The notes under the pieces are model-generated. The model had not been told where the DNA came from. It searched no databases and saw only the letters and a program-made list of their open reading frames with translations. Shown piece by piece: positions 25,556-38,829 of a stretch of DNA of 64,000 nt. A program made the translations under genes and the position numbers. Every line of letters starts with the position of its first letter. Positions within the stretch are counted from its first letter, which is position 1. This DNA comes from Octopus sinensis (lineage: Eukaryota): the NCBI RefSeq assembly GCF_006345805.1, contig NC_043009.1:11098001-11162000 (forward strand). Reading direction: 5' to 3'.

Positions 25556-26139
25556 GGAAAGAAAGAAAGAAAGAGATGGGAGATTAAGAGAACGGAATAA
25601 ATTGATAGAAAATTAGACAGAACAGGAAGAAATTTAAAATATGGGAAGATTGTTGAATTAAAGAGAAAAATAGAGGGGGGATGGGAAAGACAAAAAATAA
25701 TACAAGAGAAACAGAAATACAGAAAAGGAATAAATTTGGAAGCAAGAAAAAAACGTAATACTCAAAATAGAAAAAAATATAATAAGGAAAATAACGAAAA
25801 ATATAACAGATGCTAAAACCAGATGAAATTTTCAAATTTATAGAAAAATTTCCATCGTGGCAAAACAGTCGCCATTCAATAAATTATAAATTTTTTGAAC
25901 AAAATTTATATCTTTTTATTCCAAATGTCTCATTTTCCGATCATTTATGTCTTTATTTTTTTTATCTAAAGTGACAAACAGAAAGAGAAAGTGGGAAGAA
26001 TTCGGCCTAAATATTGGGATAATGATTCTAGTTGTCTCAGTTCTTATAAAGCTGTTTCTGCTGATGACGGTGATGTTGTCTGGAACCTATATTTTCCCTA
26101 TACGCACACACTCGCTCCGACTAATCGTTGAGAGGACAT

Positions 26140-26182
26140 TGGTGTTGCCTTGGCGGAGGTTTGCGCTCTCTGAGTGCTCCTG
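26140..26182 (+). mobile_element. Helitron/Helentron-like terminal remnant
   Basis: gccttggcggaggtttgcgctctctgagtgct; a reverse-complement copy lies at 27570-27600. Confidence 0.45.
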
Positions 26183-26354
26183 TTATTATTATTATTATTA
26201 TTATTATCAGTGATATGGCTAAAAAATTGATAGTAACAACAATAATAAAATTAGTGGCAGCAATCGATATTAGCATTAAACAGCTATAATTATATTCGAG
26301 GGTGCTTGAAACGCCATCTTGCTAGAAAGTGGAAGTAAAAACCACAGATTTGCC

Positions 26355-26392
<38 letters not shown>

Positions 26393-26394
<2 letters not shown>

Positions 26395-26944
26395 GCCCTG
26401 ATGGAGTACCAGGCAATGGTTCGCGTGGCTTCTGATCTTAACTGATTGGAAGTGTTATCATGTACATTGTTTTGTCTTGGTATAAAAGATGGGCTACATC
26501 AAATATTCTGCTCAATACCACAGATTTGCTTGTCAGGTTTTTGACCTTAACCAGTAGAACATGTCCCTTAGTGGCTGACGATATGTGCATCTCTGATCAC
26601 GAGCAGAAGTAGTAGGGGAGCATCATAGCCATGTGTTGAGAGGGATTCTTTGGGGTTTGAATAATTCCCCTCTGGAAACATGGGTGTTTCGTTCAACGTC
26701 CTTAAACAACCCTTATTCAGGGACCTTTTGAGCGGGATGGGTTACTCGATCTGAAGAAAATTCTAACTGGGCCCCACCTGCAAGGTCATGTGCTGTTTAT
26801 CTTGATATGAGATCACCATGTCGCGCACATATGGTTGTGATGCATGTGCCTAGCGTACCCTTATCAGACGGGTAGTCATGATGGGTATACTAGGCTTCGT
26901 ATATTATACCCCAGTGTCACTTTAATGGCATGCACTGCTCTCTC
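26393..26944 (-). mobile_element. ~550-bp non-autonomous retroelement family D, copy 1, embedded in (TAA)n
   Basis: Highly similar to the adjacent copy 26998-27545; (AAT)n on both sides. Confidence 0.85.
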
Positions 26945-26951
26945 AATAATA

Positions 26952-26997
<46 letters not shown>

Positions 26998-26998
<1 letters not shown>

Positions 26999-27545
26999 TG
27001 CAGTACCAGGCAGTGGCTCTCATGGCTTCTGATCTTAACTGATTGGAAGTGTTATCATGTACATTGTTTTGTCTTGGTATAAAAGATGGGCTACAGAAAA
27101 TATTCTGCTCAATACCACAGATTTGCTTGTCAGTTGTTTGACCTTAACCAGTTGAGCATGTCCCTTAGTGGCTGACGATATGTGCATCTCTGATCACGAG
27201 CAGAAGTAGTGGGGGAGCATCATAGCCATGTGTTGAGAGGGATTCTTTGGGGTTTGAATAATTCACCTCTGAAAACATGGGTGGTTCTTTCAACATCCTT
27301 AAACAACCCTTATTCAGGGACTTTTTGAGCGGGATGGGCTACTCAAGCTGAAGAAAATTCTAACTGGGCCCCACCTGCAAGGTCATGTGCTGTTTATCTT
27401 GATATGAGATCACCATGTCGCGCACATATGGTTGTGATGCATGTGCCTGGTGTACCTTTATCAGACGGGTAGTCATGATGGGTATATTGGGCTTCGTATA
27501 TTTTACCCCAGTGTCACTTTGATGGCATGCACTGCTCTCTCACTC
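26998..27545 (-). mobile_element. Family D copy 2
   Basis: Tandem to copy 1, separated by (AAT)n at 26945-26997. Confidence 0.85.
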
Positions 27546-27569
27546 AATAATAATAATAATAATAATAAT

Positions 27570-27600
27570 AGCACTTAAAGAGCGTAAACCTCCGCCAAGG
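27570..27600 (-). mobile_element. Helitron/Helentron-like terminal remnant
   Basis: agcacttaaagagcgtaaacctccgccaagg is the reverse complement of the 26140-26182 motif. Confidence 0.45.
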
Positions 27601-27899
27601 GAAAACCAACGCCCTGATTTTGATCACGCACAAGGGGCCAAACATAGATGGAATATTACAAAACAATACAGTTCACATAATCGGAGAAATAAAAATACAG
27701 AAAGAAATCGAATGAAGGAAAAAAAACGAATGAAAATATGAAAATGATAAAACGAGACGCAATGCCCACTCTAACCCGAAGTCGAGTGGTTACATTTAGA
27801 CATTATTTTGAACAGTTTCCTCCTTTTTATTTAAAGTTCACATCTTCATGATTTTTTAATGATCATATTTTAAAAGTTTTTTAATTTTTCAGCTCTTTA

Positions 27900-28765
27900 T
27901 GCTGAATTATAGATGGCAGGGCATCAAACCACATCGGCCCGCAAAGTGAAATTAATTACATTCTATGTTTTTATAAACGTGTCGTATCTATCCTCATCCA
28001 ATAGTAAACACTTTTTTTCTTCCTTGAAATACTCCCTGGGTAGTTTCACCCTTATTAATCCTCTTTTCCACATCTACATTCTTTTCGTAGTACACTATGA
28101 ATGCCTTATTTTTAAAACCGTGCTGTTGGATTTGCAAACCTTCTGCATTCGAAGATGTGCACAGACATATAGGCAGAATAGTCGGTGGATGTTTGTTTTC
28201 CATGCGTTCGCAGATGAGATTTGAGGCCAGTGAAAAAAGAAGGAATTTTCTATCACAGCCTGAGCACACAAAAAGGTCATTTTCATTCACCTTCTCGATC
28301 GTTACATTCTTCCTTTTGAATCTTGTGTGATTCTAGCCTCTTCAAATGCTTTCACTCCACTCCACACTTTTGTTCGCCATCCAACTCGATCCGCAGCAAG
28401 GGTTTCTATATCTTCTGGACCCATTCGCAGTGACCTCATAGTAGTCCATATGCCGTCCTTAAAACTTTTTTTAGGTTTACACCGATAGCGTTTCCCCTCT
28501 GCAAGCTCACCATAAAACCTCTGTTTTGGCATGCATTCATCTGCCATTCGAACAATATGGCCACACCATCTCAATTGGTGCCTCAGAATCATAGCTTTAA
28601 TTGAGGTGATGCCTGCAGATACAAGGACATCTGTGTTTGGAGTAAAAGAACTCCATTAAATTTTAAAATGCGATGAAGGCATTTTTGGTGGAATTGTTCT
28701 AAAAATTTGAAATGCCTTTTATAACAAGTCCAAGTTTCACAGAAGTACAACAGTGAAACTATTAA
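27900..28765 (-). mobile_element. RTE-clade LINE 3' fragment (RT C-terminus plus C2H2-like zinc-finger remnants)
   Basis: CETWTCYKRHFKFLEQFHQKCLHRIL; ORF 28302-28592 QLRWCGHIVRM..PKQRFYGEL..ADRVGWR; FVCSGCDRKF. Confidence 0.88.
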
Positions 28766-28794
28766 ACTGTTATCTCATATTACATATACATATG

Positions 28795-28889
<95 letters not shown>

Positions 28890-30199
28890 GTGTGTGTATA
28901 TATATGTGTGTAGGCATATATAAATATGTATATATATCTGCACATCAATATATATATATATACACACTAAAAAATGTAACATGAAAACCAGGGCAAAGTA
29001 CGATTGTCAGGTTGTATGTAACAGAGGTGTTTGCTAATTTCCATAACCTTTCAACTATACCTAACTCCTGCTCATTTCTGCATAACATTGGTACCCATGA
29101 ACTATCATCAATTATGTGGGTCCCCCTTGGTGTTCTGAATCTCACGAGACCCCGAGCCACTTATCCAGGCTGTCGGCCCAGCTTTCCACGACGCATAGGT
29201 CTGCTTCTTTGATAAAATTTGGTTCTCTCAACAACTTGTATTATCTTATGAAAGTTCTATCCTCCTCGACTATTATGATGTCTGACCCCACCCTTGTGCC
29301 CCAGTCTACCATATATCTATATGTGTCTGTTGCGTTCCAGTTCGAGCGAGCTGAAACGAGCGTGTGATTCGAAACGTTTCCGATTTGAATACATTCACTC
29401 AGATTATTAATGATAACCATCCTCTGAAAATGAAATCGAACTTGCTGCATTGAAGATAGCGTCTAAGTGTCGATAGATTGAACCAAATTCATCTGAGCTA
29501 TGTGGAAAAGGTAAGAACACCATAGACAATACAAAAACAATTCGATGCTAGTAGATATAGTAATTATAACATCCACACTTCCTGCAGTATATGTAAAAAA
29601 TACCACCCACCTCTCACGTGCATGTTAGAAAATATACACTTAATTTTCCTATTGTAACAATGTGCCATATTAGCTTTTTGAGATAATTGGAGGCACAATA
29701 ACGTAGCGAAGCTTTTCTGCACATGCTTACCCAACAGATATTAGTTTCTCAAAGAGAAAAACGAAAAAGAATTCAAAAACAAAACTCAGCGATAAACAAA
29801 TATATTTCAATTGTCTTCGAAAATGAGACTAAAAATGATATGTAACGTTGTGTAATGAGTGACCATCAAGTATATAATAAGCGAGTCTACATTCTCTGCA
29901 AGAAAATTGAAAGTTGCGTGGTAATTACCTAGATAGCGATACAAAATGTCTGTTCGCGTTGGACACAAGACATCTGAATATTTAAAGTATTACACAGGTA
30001 AATTTAAAACCTTGTCATTAAAAGCTTATCATAGTTAAGATTTCTGTCCCTTGTCCCATTATTAAATGAAACAACTGTAATGATACATAACGACATTTGC
30101 GTATTACTAATCACAATAAATATAGACATATTCACCATGAAGCAGTTGATACTAATGTCTGTAAATATTTTCACATCTCAAGTTCTGCATCCCAGTCTT

Positions 30200-30316
30200 C
30201 TTTTTCTAAAAAACACACATACACACACTCACGCACGCACGCATGCATGCAGGCACACACACGTATATATACATATATATATATACATATACATGCACAC
30301 ATAAATATACATATGC

Positions 30317-30355
<39 letters not shown>

Positions 30356-30466
30356 CACACACACATATACATATATACATACATAAATACACATACATAT
30401 ATGCACATACAATATACACATACATATATACATACATATATACATACATACATACATATATACACA

Positions 30467-30549
<83 letters not shown>

Positions 30550-30580
30550 TATATATTATATATATATATAATATATACAT
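30200..30580. repeat. Compound (CA)/(TA)/(TACA) microsatellite
   Basis: Direct. Confidence 0.95.
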
Positions 30581-30581
30581 T

Positions 30582-30781
30582 AGGATAGCTGGCAGAATCG
30601 TTAGCACGCCGGACAAAATTCTTAGCGGCATTTCGTCCGTCTTAACGTTCTGATTTCAAATTCTACCGAAGTCAATTTTGCCTTTCATCCCTTCGGATGA
30701 GTACCATTGCGCAATGGGATCGATTTAATCAACTTACTCTTCGACCCCGAAATAGCTGGCCTTGTAACAAAATTTGAAACC
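30582..30781 (+). mobile_element. SINE family C (alternative tail)
   Basis: ctggcagaatcgttagcacg head; tail ggccttgtaacaaaatttgaaacc. Confidence 0.8.
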
Positions 30782-31973
30782 TTTATTATAGGAAAGTCTC
30801 GGTGAACTGATACCGTTAATTTCCGTATTTAGTAACATTTTTTACGTTCTGAGAAATTCCCACTAGGTTTTTTTATGCCTTTTATTCTTTCCCTAAGGAA
30901 ATAAGTGCCACCGAGCTCTGATGTCCATTGACTCCACTCGATGACATTTACCTAAATTTGGTAGCCTCGGGAGAAACTTGAAGAATTGTTGTTTTTCCGT
31001 TATTTTGTTCTGAGGTCCTACTTCGGTCAAAATGATTTTCACTATTCTGGAACAATAGAAATTAATTTCAGCTCAGTAATTGAGGCAATTGAATTCATTA
31101 TTTCAACATCTGAAAATTGTGACCTTGCACCGCAGCTAGGACAGTGAGGAATCAATATTAATCAACGCAAATGAATCGTAATTCTGCCACTGTTAGTTAA
31201 TAACTGAACAGTAGTTGGATTTTTCATATTGCTGTTATTGCAATTAAATGCATTTTAGGAATTATTCAATTTATATTTGAAATTCTTATTATTATTAAAT
31301 GTGAAAAAAGATATTTTGCTGTGTTCATCTAAAGGATTTTACACAAGCATTTACTTGCGATCCTCAGTCAATTGCACATTAGAGCAATAAAAGCTATGTA
31401 AATATCCATTATGCCTATGTTTTGGATACAAGCAATCAACTTTACAACAGATTTACACATATTACCGTTTCCATAGAGATGACCTTAAAAGGTGCTTCAG
31501 CTTCAAGATGAATTATCTTCTCATTTGCGATGAAAGATTTTGTCTAAGACTTGTAATTAGACAGGCAATAGTAAAATAAGGTATTTCTTTAGACATTGAG
31601 GTGAGAGTTCAGACGGTCTGTAACACTTTTATGCCTCCTAATTCAAATGAAATTTGTTTAAAATACGTCACCAAATTTTAAAGATAGATTTATCCCAATA
31701 CTCGCTAATTTATATAATTTGCGTTTAAGTGATACGCTAATTGTTCATTATTTATTAAGATGACTGATTGGTTCTATATTAAGAAGACATAAGATAAATT
31801 GAAGTAAAGGCAGTTTTGTGCTGAATGAATGCGTACAATAGACAGATCTCTATATCGATGTCTACAGGATGTCTATTTACTTTAAATCTAATATAAGAAA
31901 TAACAATGGTGTGTTACTTTCTATCTTTTATCGTATATGAACATACACATATGTAAATATGTATATCCACTTA

Positions 31974-31974
<1 letters not shown>

Positions 31975-32020
<46 letters not shown>

Positions 32021-32039
32021 ATATATATAAATATATATA

Positions 32040-32108
<69 letters not shown>

Positions 32109-32313
32109 TATAAATATGTATAAATATATATAAATATATAAATATATAAATATGTATAAATATATAAATATATGAATATATATAAATGTATAAATATATA
32201 TAAATATATGAATATATATAAATATAAATATATATATATATGTATATAAATATATATGTATATTAATATATATATATGTATATAAATAAATATATATATA
32301 TATAAATAAATAT

Positions 32314-32345
<32 letters not shown>

Positions 32346-32417
32346 GTATATAAATATATATGTATATTAATATATATATATGTATATAAATAAATATATA
32401 TATATATAAATAAATAT

Positions 32418-32448
<31 letters not shown>

Positions 32449-32452
32449 ATAA

Positions 32453-32492
<40 letters not shown>

Positions 32493-32570
32493 GCACACAC
32501 ACACACGCATATATATCTATATCTATCTATCTATCTATCTATCTATATATATATATATATATATATACAT
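31975..32570. repeat. ~600-bp TA-rich array
   Basis: Direct. Confidence 0.95.
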
Positions 32571-33477
32571 AAATGCATCTCTAATACATACAATTAAGTT
32601 CACTTATATTTTATCATTGTGTAATTTTATTGAATTTTATCGTGTAATCGAATCTTTCGTCGTATATCTATGCCCTGATCACTGATAGTCTATTTGACTA
32701 TGTACTGCCAATTGTTTTCCTCTTCTAATAGGCAATATCGTGAATTCGCGTTTTATTTTTCTAGTTTCACATTTGTTTTCTTCCAGTCTCTAATCTTATC
32801 TGTCTTCTCCTTTCTTTTACTCTCTCTCTCTCTCTCTCTCTCCATCCATCGCTCTCGCTCAATTCCTATTTTTACCCCTTGTTGATATTTTGTCAAACCA
32901 AATATTAGGATATAGATTCATCCTGTCAGTACATTCTTGCCCTCTGTCAGTCCACTACAATATCATATTTCCCCATATAGCAATGTCTACAGTTCAACAA
33001 ATGGATTATGCTATTATTGGACGTTGTGTTTGGTGGAAGAAGGACGGGAAGAAGATATTTTAAACTTTATTTTCCACATTTCTTTTCTGTTTTCTCTTCT
33101 GTGTATTTCATTACTGCTAAATCATTGCCTTACTGGAAGCCATAACCAGAACCTCTACTACTCCAATGAATAAACAATTGAAGTTAGAGAGTAAGGAACT
33201 GTTGAAATTAAGTGCAGGATTAATTTTCAATATATACACGTGGATCTTAGAGATCTAAAATTCACGTGAAATCTCAATAGATTCCCGTTAAAATAATAGA
33301 ATCTTCTCTGAGCTTCGAGAAAATACTTATAAGACGATGTAATTTGAAATTTTTGCTGCAACAATCATTTTGTTAATAATCTATATACATTTTGTTTGCT
33401 TTTTAAAACACCTATTAGTGACAGGGAGAGTATTAATATCGAGAGGTAATATTTATCCTCACTTAAACACGCTCTCT

Positions 33478-33737
33478 GGAGGTGCGTGGCTTAGTGGTTA
33501 GGGTATCAGCATCATGATCGTAAGATTGTGGTTTCGATTCCCGGACCGGGCGACGCGTTGTGTTTCTGAGCAAAACACTTCATTTCACGTTGCTCCAGTC
33601 CTCTCAGCTGGCAAAAATGAGTAACGCTGTGATGGACTGGCGTCCCGTCCAGCCGGGGAACACATACACCATAGAAACCTGGAAACCGGGCCCATGAGCC
33701 TGGCTAGGCTTTAAACGGCGCATTTATTATTTATTTT
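33478..33737 (+). mobile_element. tRNA-derived SINE family E (V-SINE-like core)
   Basis: A box TGGCTTAGTGG, B box GGTTTCGATTCC, core gatggactggcgtcccgtccag, (ATTT)-type tail. The V-domain assignment is an inference. Confidence 0.78.
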
Positions 33738-35464
33738 AAACACTCTTTCAAATCACTTAGAACAAATTTTACTGCGGTAGATACCATGAGAGAAACTCTC
33801 AGATTGGCATTTGATGAGTGATAAATCCTCGCCACCTACAGCACCCAGACCGCCAGAACCCGTGATTTCGACCTTCCTTGGCCTTATCAATGATGGACGC
33901 TCGATCGCTAGAGATAGATGGAAGTGGCGAAGATTAAACTCAACGCTAGCGAATATAAAAAAGGAGTGCGTTTTGCACCAAAAGCTAACATGAAAGATTT
34001 TCTCATAGTAACTACCGCAATAAAGTGTGCTCTAACAGTACATCATCGTTTAAGTGGGGATAAATATTACCTCTATTTATTTGTTTTGTCACGATCTGTA
34101 AATTCCTTCCTTCCTTATTCTAATAGCTTTCTGGAACTCGGTGACAGTGGACTCCGTCCATCTTCACGTTTATTTAAATATTCACGATTATATAGGATAC
34201 CGTTCTAATTATGCTGGAGGCCTGCTTAATACGGTCTATACTAGATATATAATTAAATAGATATTTGAGTTTAAAAAGTGAGTTTAAAAAGTGAGTTTTA
34301 TTTTCCAATGGGAACATATTAGTACTGAGTGAGTAGACCTATGGTAAAAAAACATTCTAATCATGATGTGTACCATATTTGTCTTGGACAGTGTTATTGA
34401 GTACATCCTTGTCCAAGCAAAATTGGGAAGATTGCACTTTGAAACAGATTTGGCTGCTATGTTTAGTAGATGGATTTACATAGAAGCTCTCATATTTACT
34501 TACTCTTCTGTTGTATACTTAGTGTATAATATTCTTTTATTTGTGTTAATATAATAGCTAGTTGTTTAGACGCACTCAAAATGCTAAACATAAGTATATA
34601 AATATATTCTAATTTGAAAAGATGAAAGTAAACAAATATATACATAAACTATTACATTAAAAGGTTACATTACTTATGTATAGTATTGTGTTGCAATGTC
34701 ATTAGAAATGTTTTAGTGACACATTTGAATTATCTTTAATTTAAAATAAAAATAATAATAAAAAAGTTAAAAGAAACGCATTCATACATTATCGAAGAGT
34801 ATTTTCGATCAAACATTGAAAAAATTTCGATAACGAAAAATATTACTTTAGTTTACATTGTCTTTCATTTGCTTTTCTCATTCATAATTTATACATATTT
34901 TAGGTTCACACTTTACTGATTGTCAGTCAATGAGTATGTCCAATAAAATTGTCGGAGCTAATTGACAGCTGCATTTGTGATGTACATTCATAAAATCAAT
35001 GGCACCTCCTTCAACAAGTCACCACAACAGAACAACTGAAAATACTTCTATTATCTTTTAAGCTTCCTAATTATAAGTCTGACAAAGTGTAGCCTCTTAG
35101 TTTCAATTGAGAAGATATTTCTGATTTTCTGAGCCTCGGGTGGCTTTGTTTCATAATTTTCTATAATCGATAATCCAAGTTCAGTGTGCAATGCTGCAGG
35201 AGATATTAGCAAATATCGCCAAAGTATAAGAAAAAAAAAAAAACAAGCGTTATCACACAACTACAATAGATAAAGTGACAGCTTAAATTTAGTTAACTTA
35301 AATACAAAATATTATTCAAATTAGAATTTCTTTCTTTTTAATGGTAGCTAAACTTAGAAATGAACGGTGAATACATTGTCAACTTTGAACAGAGGGTTCC
35401 ATTCAGTCATACAAAGCCAACGATTAAACGAATAAAAATGTCATGCACAACTAAATATCTGTTT

Positions 35465-35660
35465 TAAATTTGGTACAAGGCCAGCAACTTTGGAGAAGTG
35501 GGTAAGTCAATTATATCAACCCCAGTACTCAACTGGTAGATATTTTATCAACCTCGAAAAAAAGGAAAGGTAAAGTCGACCTCGGCGGAATTTGAACTCA
35601 GAACGTGGAGACGCGCGAAGTACTGCTAAGCATTTTGCCCGTTGTGCTAACGATTCTGTA
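35465..35660 (-). mobile_element. SINE family C
   Basis: ggcggaatttgaactcagaacg and flanking core. Confidence 0.8.
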
Positions 35661-35806
35661 GGATCGATTTCTTGTATTTAGGCACATGGCCTTTATAAAG
35701 AGGGGACACCACAAGGACAGATAAAACAAGACATTGGGGCACATATAAAAGGCATATCGAATGGACTATGACTATGATAAAAATAATGAGGATGAATGGC
35801 TTACTC

Positions 35807-36221
35807 GGATCTGTTCGGTTTGAACGGCAGTTTTTTCTAGCGGTGTGATATGAAATTGTCACCCATAATTATGACCCTAGTATCGATCTATTGCATTTCA
35901 GTCTCTTTTAGGGTTGGGGTTAGGGGTGGGGGGAAGGGTATCTTTTGTTCTTCACAAATGTAAATAAATCCAATCTGTTTCTTAAACGAGGGACCTATTC
36001 ATACGGCACAGAATGTTTTTTTACCTCAATAGACGTATTTGATTGGTTGAAATTGCAGAAATTGAAGAAAAACAACAAATATCTTACAAACTATAGAATT
36101 TTCTCAATAAAGCCAAGAGAAAAAGCTGTTTTATAAACACATTCTACCAGTATAGGAAGTTTAAAATTTTTTAGTCACCTAGAAATTATGTTAAAAACTG
36201 CCGTTCAAACCGAAAAGATCC
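35807..36221 (+). mobile_element. Merlin-like MITE copy 1
   Basis: ~29-bp TIR GGATCT(G/T)TTCGGTTTGAACGGCAGTTTTT; 8-bp TSD gcttactc. GG termini plus an 8-bp TSD fit the Merlin superfamily. Confidence 0.85.
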
Positions 36222-36229
36222 GCTTACTC

Positions 36230-37580
36230 GCCTTCCAAAGCAAGCAGAGTCATTCTACTGTTCTTTTAAATTACAGTTCAATTTACAGTCATGTATCTTT
36301 CTTTTTTCCGTCTTCTTTTCTTAAACACAATTACAATATTGCATAAGATCGTCGAAAATTACAACAGGCAGCAACTCATCGTATCTAAACTGAAGTGGCG
36401 ATATTTCAACTCTCATTTTCCAAAACAGTTCTACGAATCTCTCCCCTATTTCTCTCTCCAATAGCACGCCCTTCTTATCTTCTGAGTTTGCCAATTTCAC
36501 TCTGATAACATTTTTCAACTTAGTAAACCTCTTTTCGATTTCAAAACTTTTTCCGTATTCTACGAGGTTTCGTAAATTTCTCCCTGTAGGTGTCACTCTC
36601 TTCGTCCGACATAATTTCCAGTGTCTCAAATTCGCTGTCTCTTTCGTTTGCATTCTTCTGCCATGTTCCTTCTTCTTTACTGGTTGAAGGCAACGGTTCC
36701 TGAGTTCACATTCCACTTGATTTTCCATTTTCTTCTTTTCTTTCTTGTTCTCTTCCTCGATGGTTTTTCTTTTTCTCTCCTTGGGGCTTTTAGGAGGTGA
36801 TTCTAAATTCTTTTTTCTTTTCACCACCATAAATTGCTCGTCCATTTTCTCCTCTCTTACAGCACTTCTTGAATTTCTGTTTCTATGATTTCCTCCACGT
36901 GTTTCTGGGGACACTTGGACTTCATGTGTCCCCCTACTCTACACGCAAAACATATTGGAGGTATACCCTCCACAACAATCCTTAATCTGGTCTATTCTGG
37001 CAACACCAGCTCTTCCACAATTTATGGAGGTCTGGTAGACTTATATGGACTATTACTTCTAGTCTATATCCCCATGAGTTCACCTCCGTAGTCTTTGACA
37101 TTTTAAAACATTCTGCTTCTTCCTCTATATGATAGAGGATGGATGCCACCAGCCACGCCTCGTCAACTTCAGGGGGCACTCTACATATCCTTACTCTGGC
37201 TGCACGTTTGCCACAGTAAGTAGGTAGTAGTACCCACTCCGCTGGTTTCAAGAGTACTGTGGAGTATTTCTTTGCTTCATTTTCGTTTACGAAACTCACC
37301 TACACCGTGCCGAACTTCTGTCCTCTGGTGTAGAATGTAGTCGATTATTTTACCGCTTTCAAACATTCCTCTACCGCTCCTACGGCGGCTATCCCTACTT
37401 TCTTCGACGCTGTGTTTAGCGTTCTATAGATAATAGTTCCCTTTTCCGTATTCTCAATAACTTCTTTGGGAGTCGTCAGTCTGAGACTGTCTCCCTCCTT
37501 TCTCAACAAGTCCTTGTTTTTGACTTCTATTTCACGGACTTGCAGTAGCTCCGCCTGACAGGTTGTTGCCAGTCATCGTA
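36230..37580 (-). mobile_element. L1/Tx1-like ORF1 (gag-like) pseudogene with CCHC knuckle and no ORF2
   Basis: VVEGIPPICFACRVGGHMKSKCP (CX2CX4HX4C, ~36905-36980); ORF 36982-37299 RVRICRVPPEVDE; basic low-complexity C-terminal ORF 36321-36914. Confidence 0.75.
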
Positions 37581-37917
37581 GCATAACTGCCTGTTTGCAC
37601 TTGTCTAGTCTCCATAATAATGTTCTTCACAACTTCGTCCATCAATGGGGAAGACAAATAAAAATTCCAACAAATTCAAGTAATAATTCAACAATTCAGA
37701 AATATAACAGGTTTACAGGAAGAGGACTCACGTGGAGCGTACACACTTTCTACTCAAAAACAACGGCAAACGTTTTTGCCAGCTCGCTGCCTTTAACGTT
37801 CTACTATTTTCTATTAACAAAACGATGCAGTGTCTACATTCGCTCAATTCTTGAATATTGTTACTTAGTATAATAGTTTAGCAATTAGAAACAAGAACAG
37901 TATATGGATGCCATATC

Positions 37918-38115
37918 TGTATCTTTATTACCCACAAGAAGCTAAACATAGAGGGACAAACAAGGACAGACAAACGGATTGAGTCGATTATATCGACCCA
38001 GTGCCTAACTGGTACTTAATTTATCGACCCCGAAAGAATGAAAGGAAAAGTCGACCTCGGCGGAATTTGAACTCAGAACGTAAAGGCAGACGAAATACCG
38101 CAGCCAGCTCGCCGC
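37918..38115 (-). mobile_element. SINE family C (internal deletion)
   Basis: Family C core and tail. Confidence 0.85.
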
Positions 38116-38417
38116 TTTTAATGCTCTACTATTTTCTATTAACAAAACTATACAATTCTTGAATATTGTTACTTAGTATAATAGTTTAGCAATTAGAAAC
38201 AAGAACATTATATGGATGCCATACATAATATCCTTCAGGATGATAGTGAAATCAAGAAAAATAGAAAAAGACTGACGTCCTCCCATACTTATCCAGAAGT
38301 ACATAGCTCGCTTATCTTAGAAAAGTCTTGAAAGACAAACACCCTGAAAACCCCTACAATGCAAAGCATTTGCTTCCTGCAAACTTGAAAAGGATGACAA
38401 TATTGGTTTAAAATTTT

Positions 38418-38602
38418 AGGCGGCGAGCTGGCAACAGTATTTCGTCTGTCTTTACGTCTTCAGTTCAAATTCCGCCGAGGTCGACTTTGCCTTTCATCTT
38501 TTCGGTGTCGATAAATTAAGTACCAGTTACGTACTGGTGTCGATCTAATCGACTGGCTCTCCCCTAAAATTTCGGGCCTTGTACCTAGAGTTGAATAGAA
38601 TA
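38418..38602 (+). mobile_element. SINE family C
   Basis: Head, core and ggccttgtacctagag tail. Confidence 0.85.
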
Positions 38603-38818
38603 TTGGTTTTAAATTTTGAAACAAGGTCAGCACTTTTGAGGGTTGGAGTAAGTCGTTTACATTGACCCCAGTATTCAACTGGTACTTATTTTATTGACCA
38701 CGAAATGACGAAAGACAAAGTTGTCCTCGGCGAAATTTGAACTCAGACGGCAAAGACGGGCGAAATGCCGCTAAACTTTTTGCCCGGCGTGCTAACCATT
38801 CTGCAAGTTCAATGCCTT
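38603..38818 (-). mobile_element. SINE family C, tail-to-tail with the previous copy
   Basis: Reverse-complement head cccggcgtgctaac. Confidence 0.8.
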
Positions 38819-38829
38819 AATGGATAACA

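Noticed and set aside
27440-27545. HDV-like ribozyme at the family D 5' end
   Set aside because: Could not build P1.1 or P2 by eye; left as a test only.
28950-29510. Possible exon(s): minus ORF 29241-29450 and plus-strand donor at 29511
   Set aside because: In-frame stops and no recognisable domain; PKD-like and AP-endonuclease-like resemblances are too weak.
33811-33993. IARDRWKWRRL resembles a LINE RT C-terminal motif
   Set aside because: Single short motif with no flanking support.
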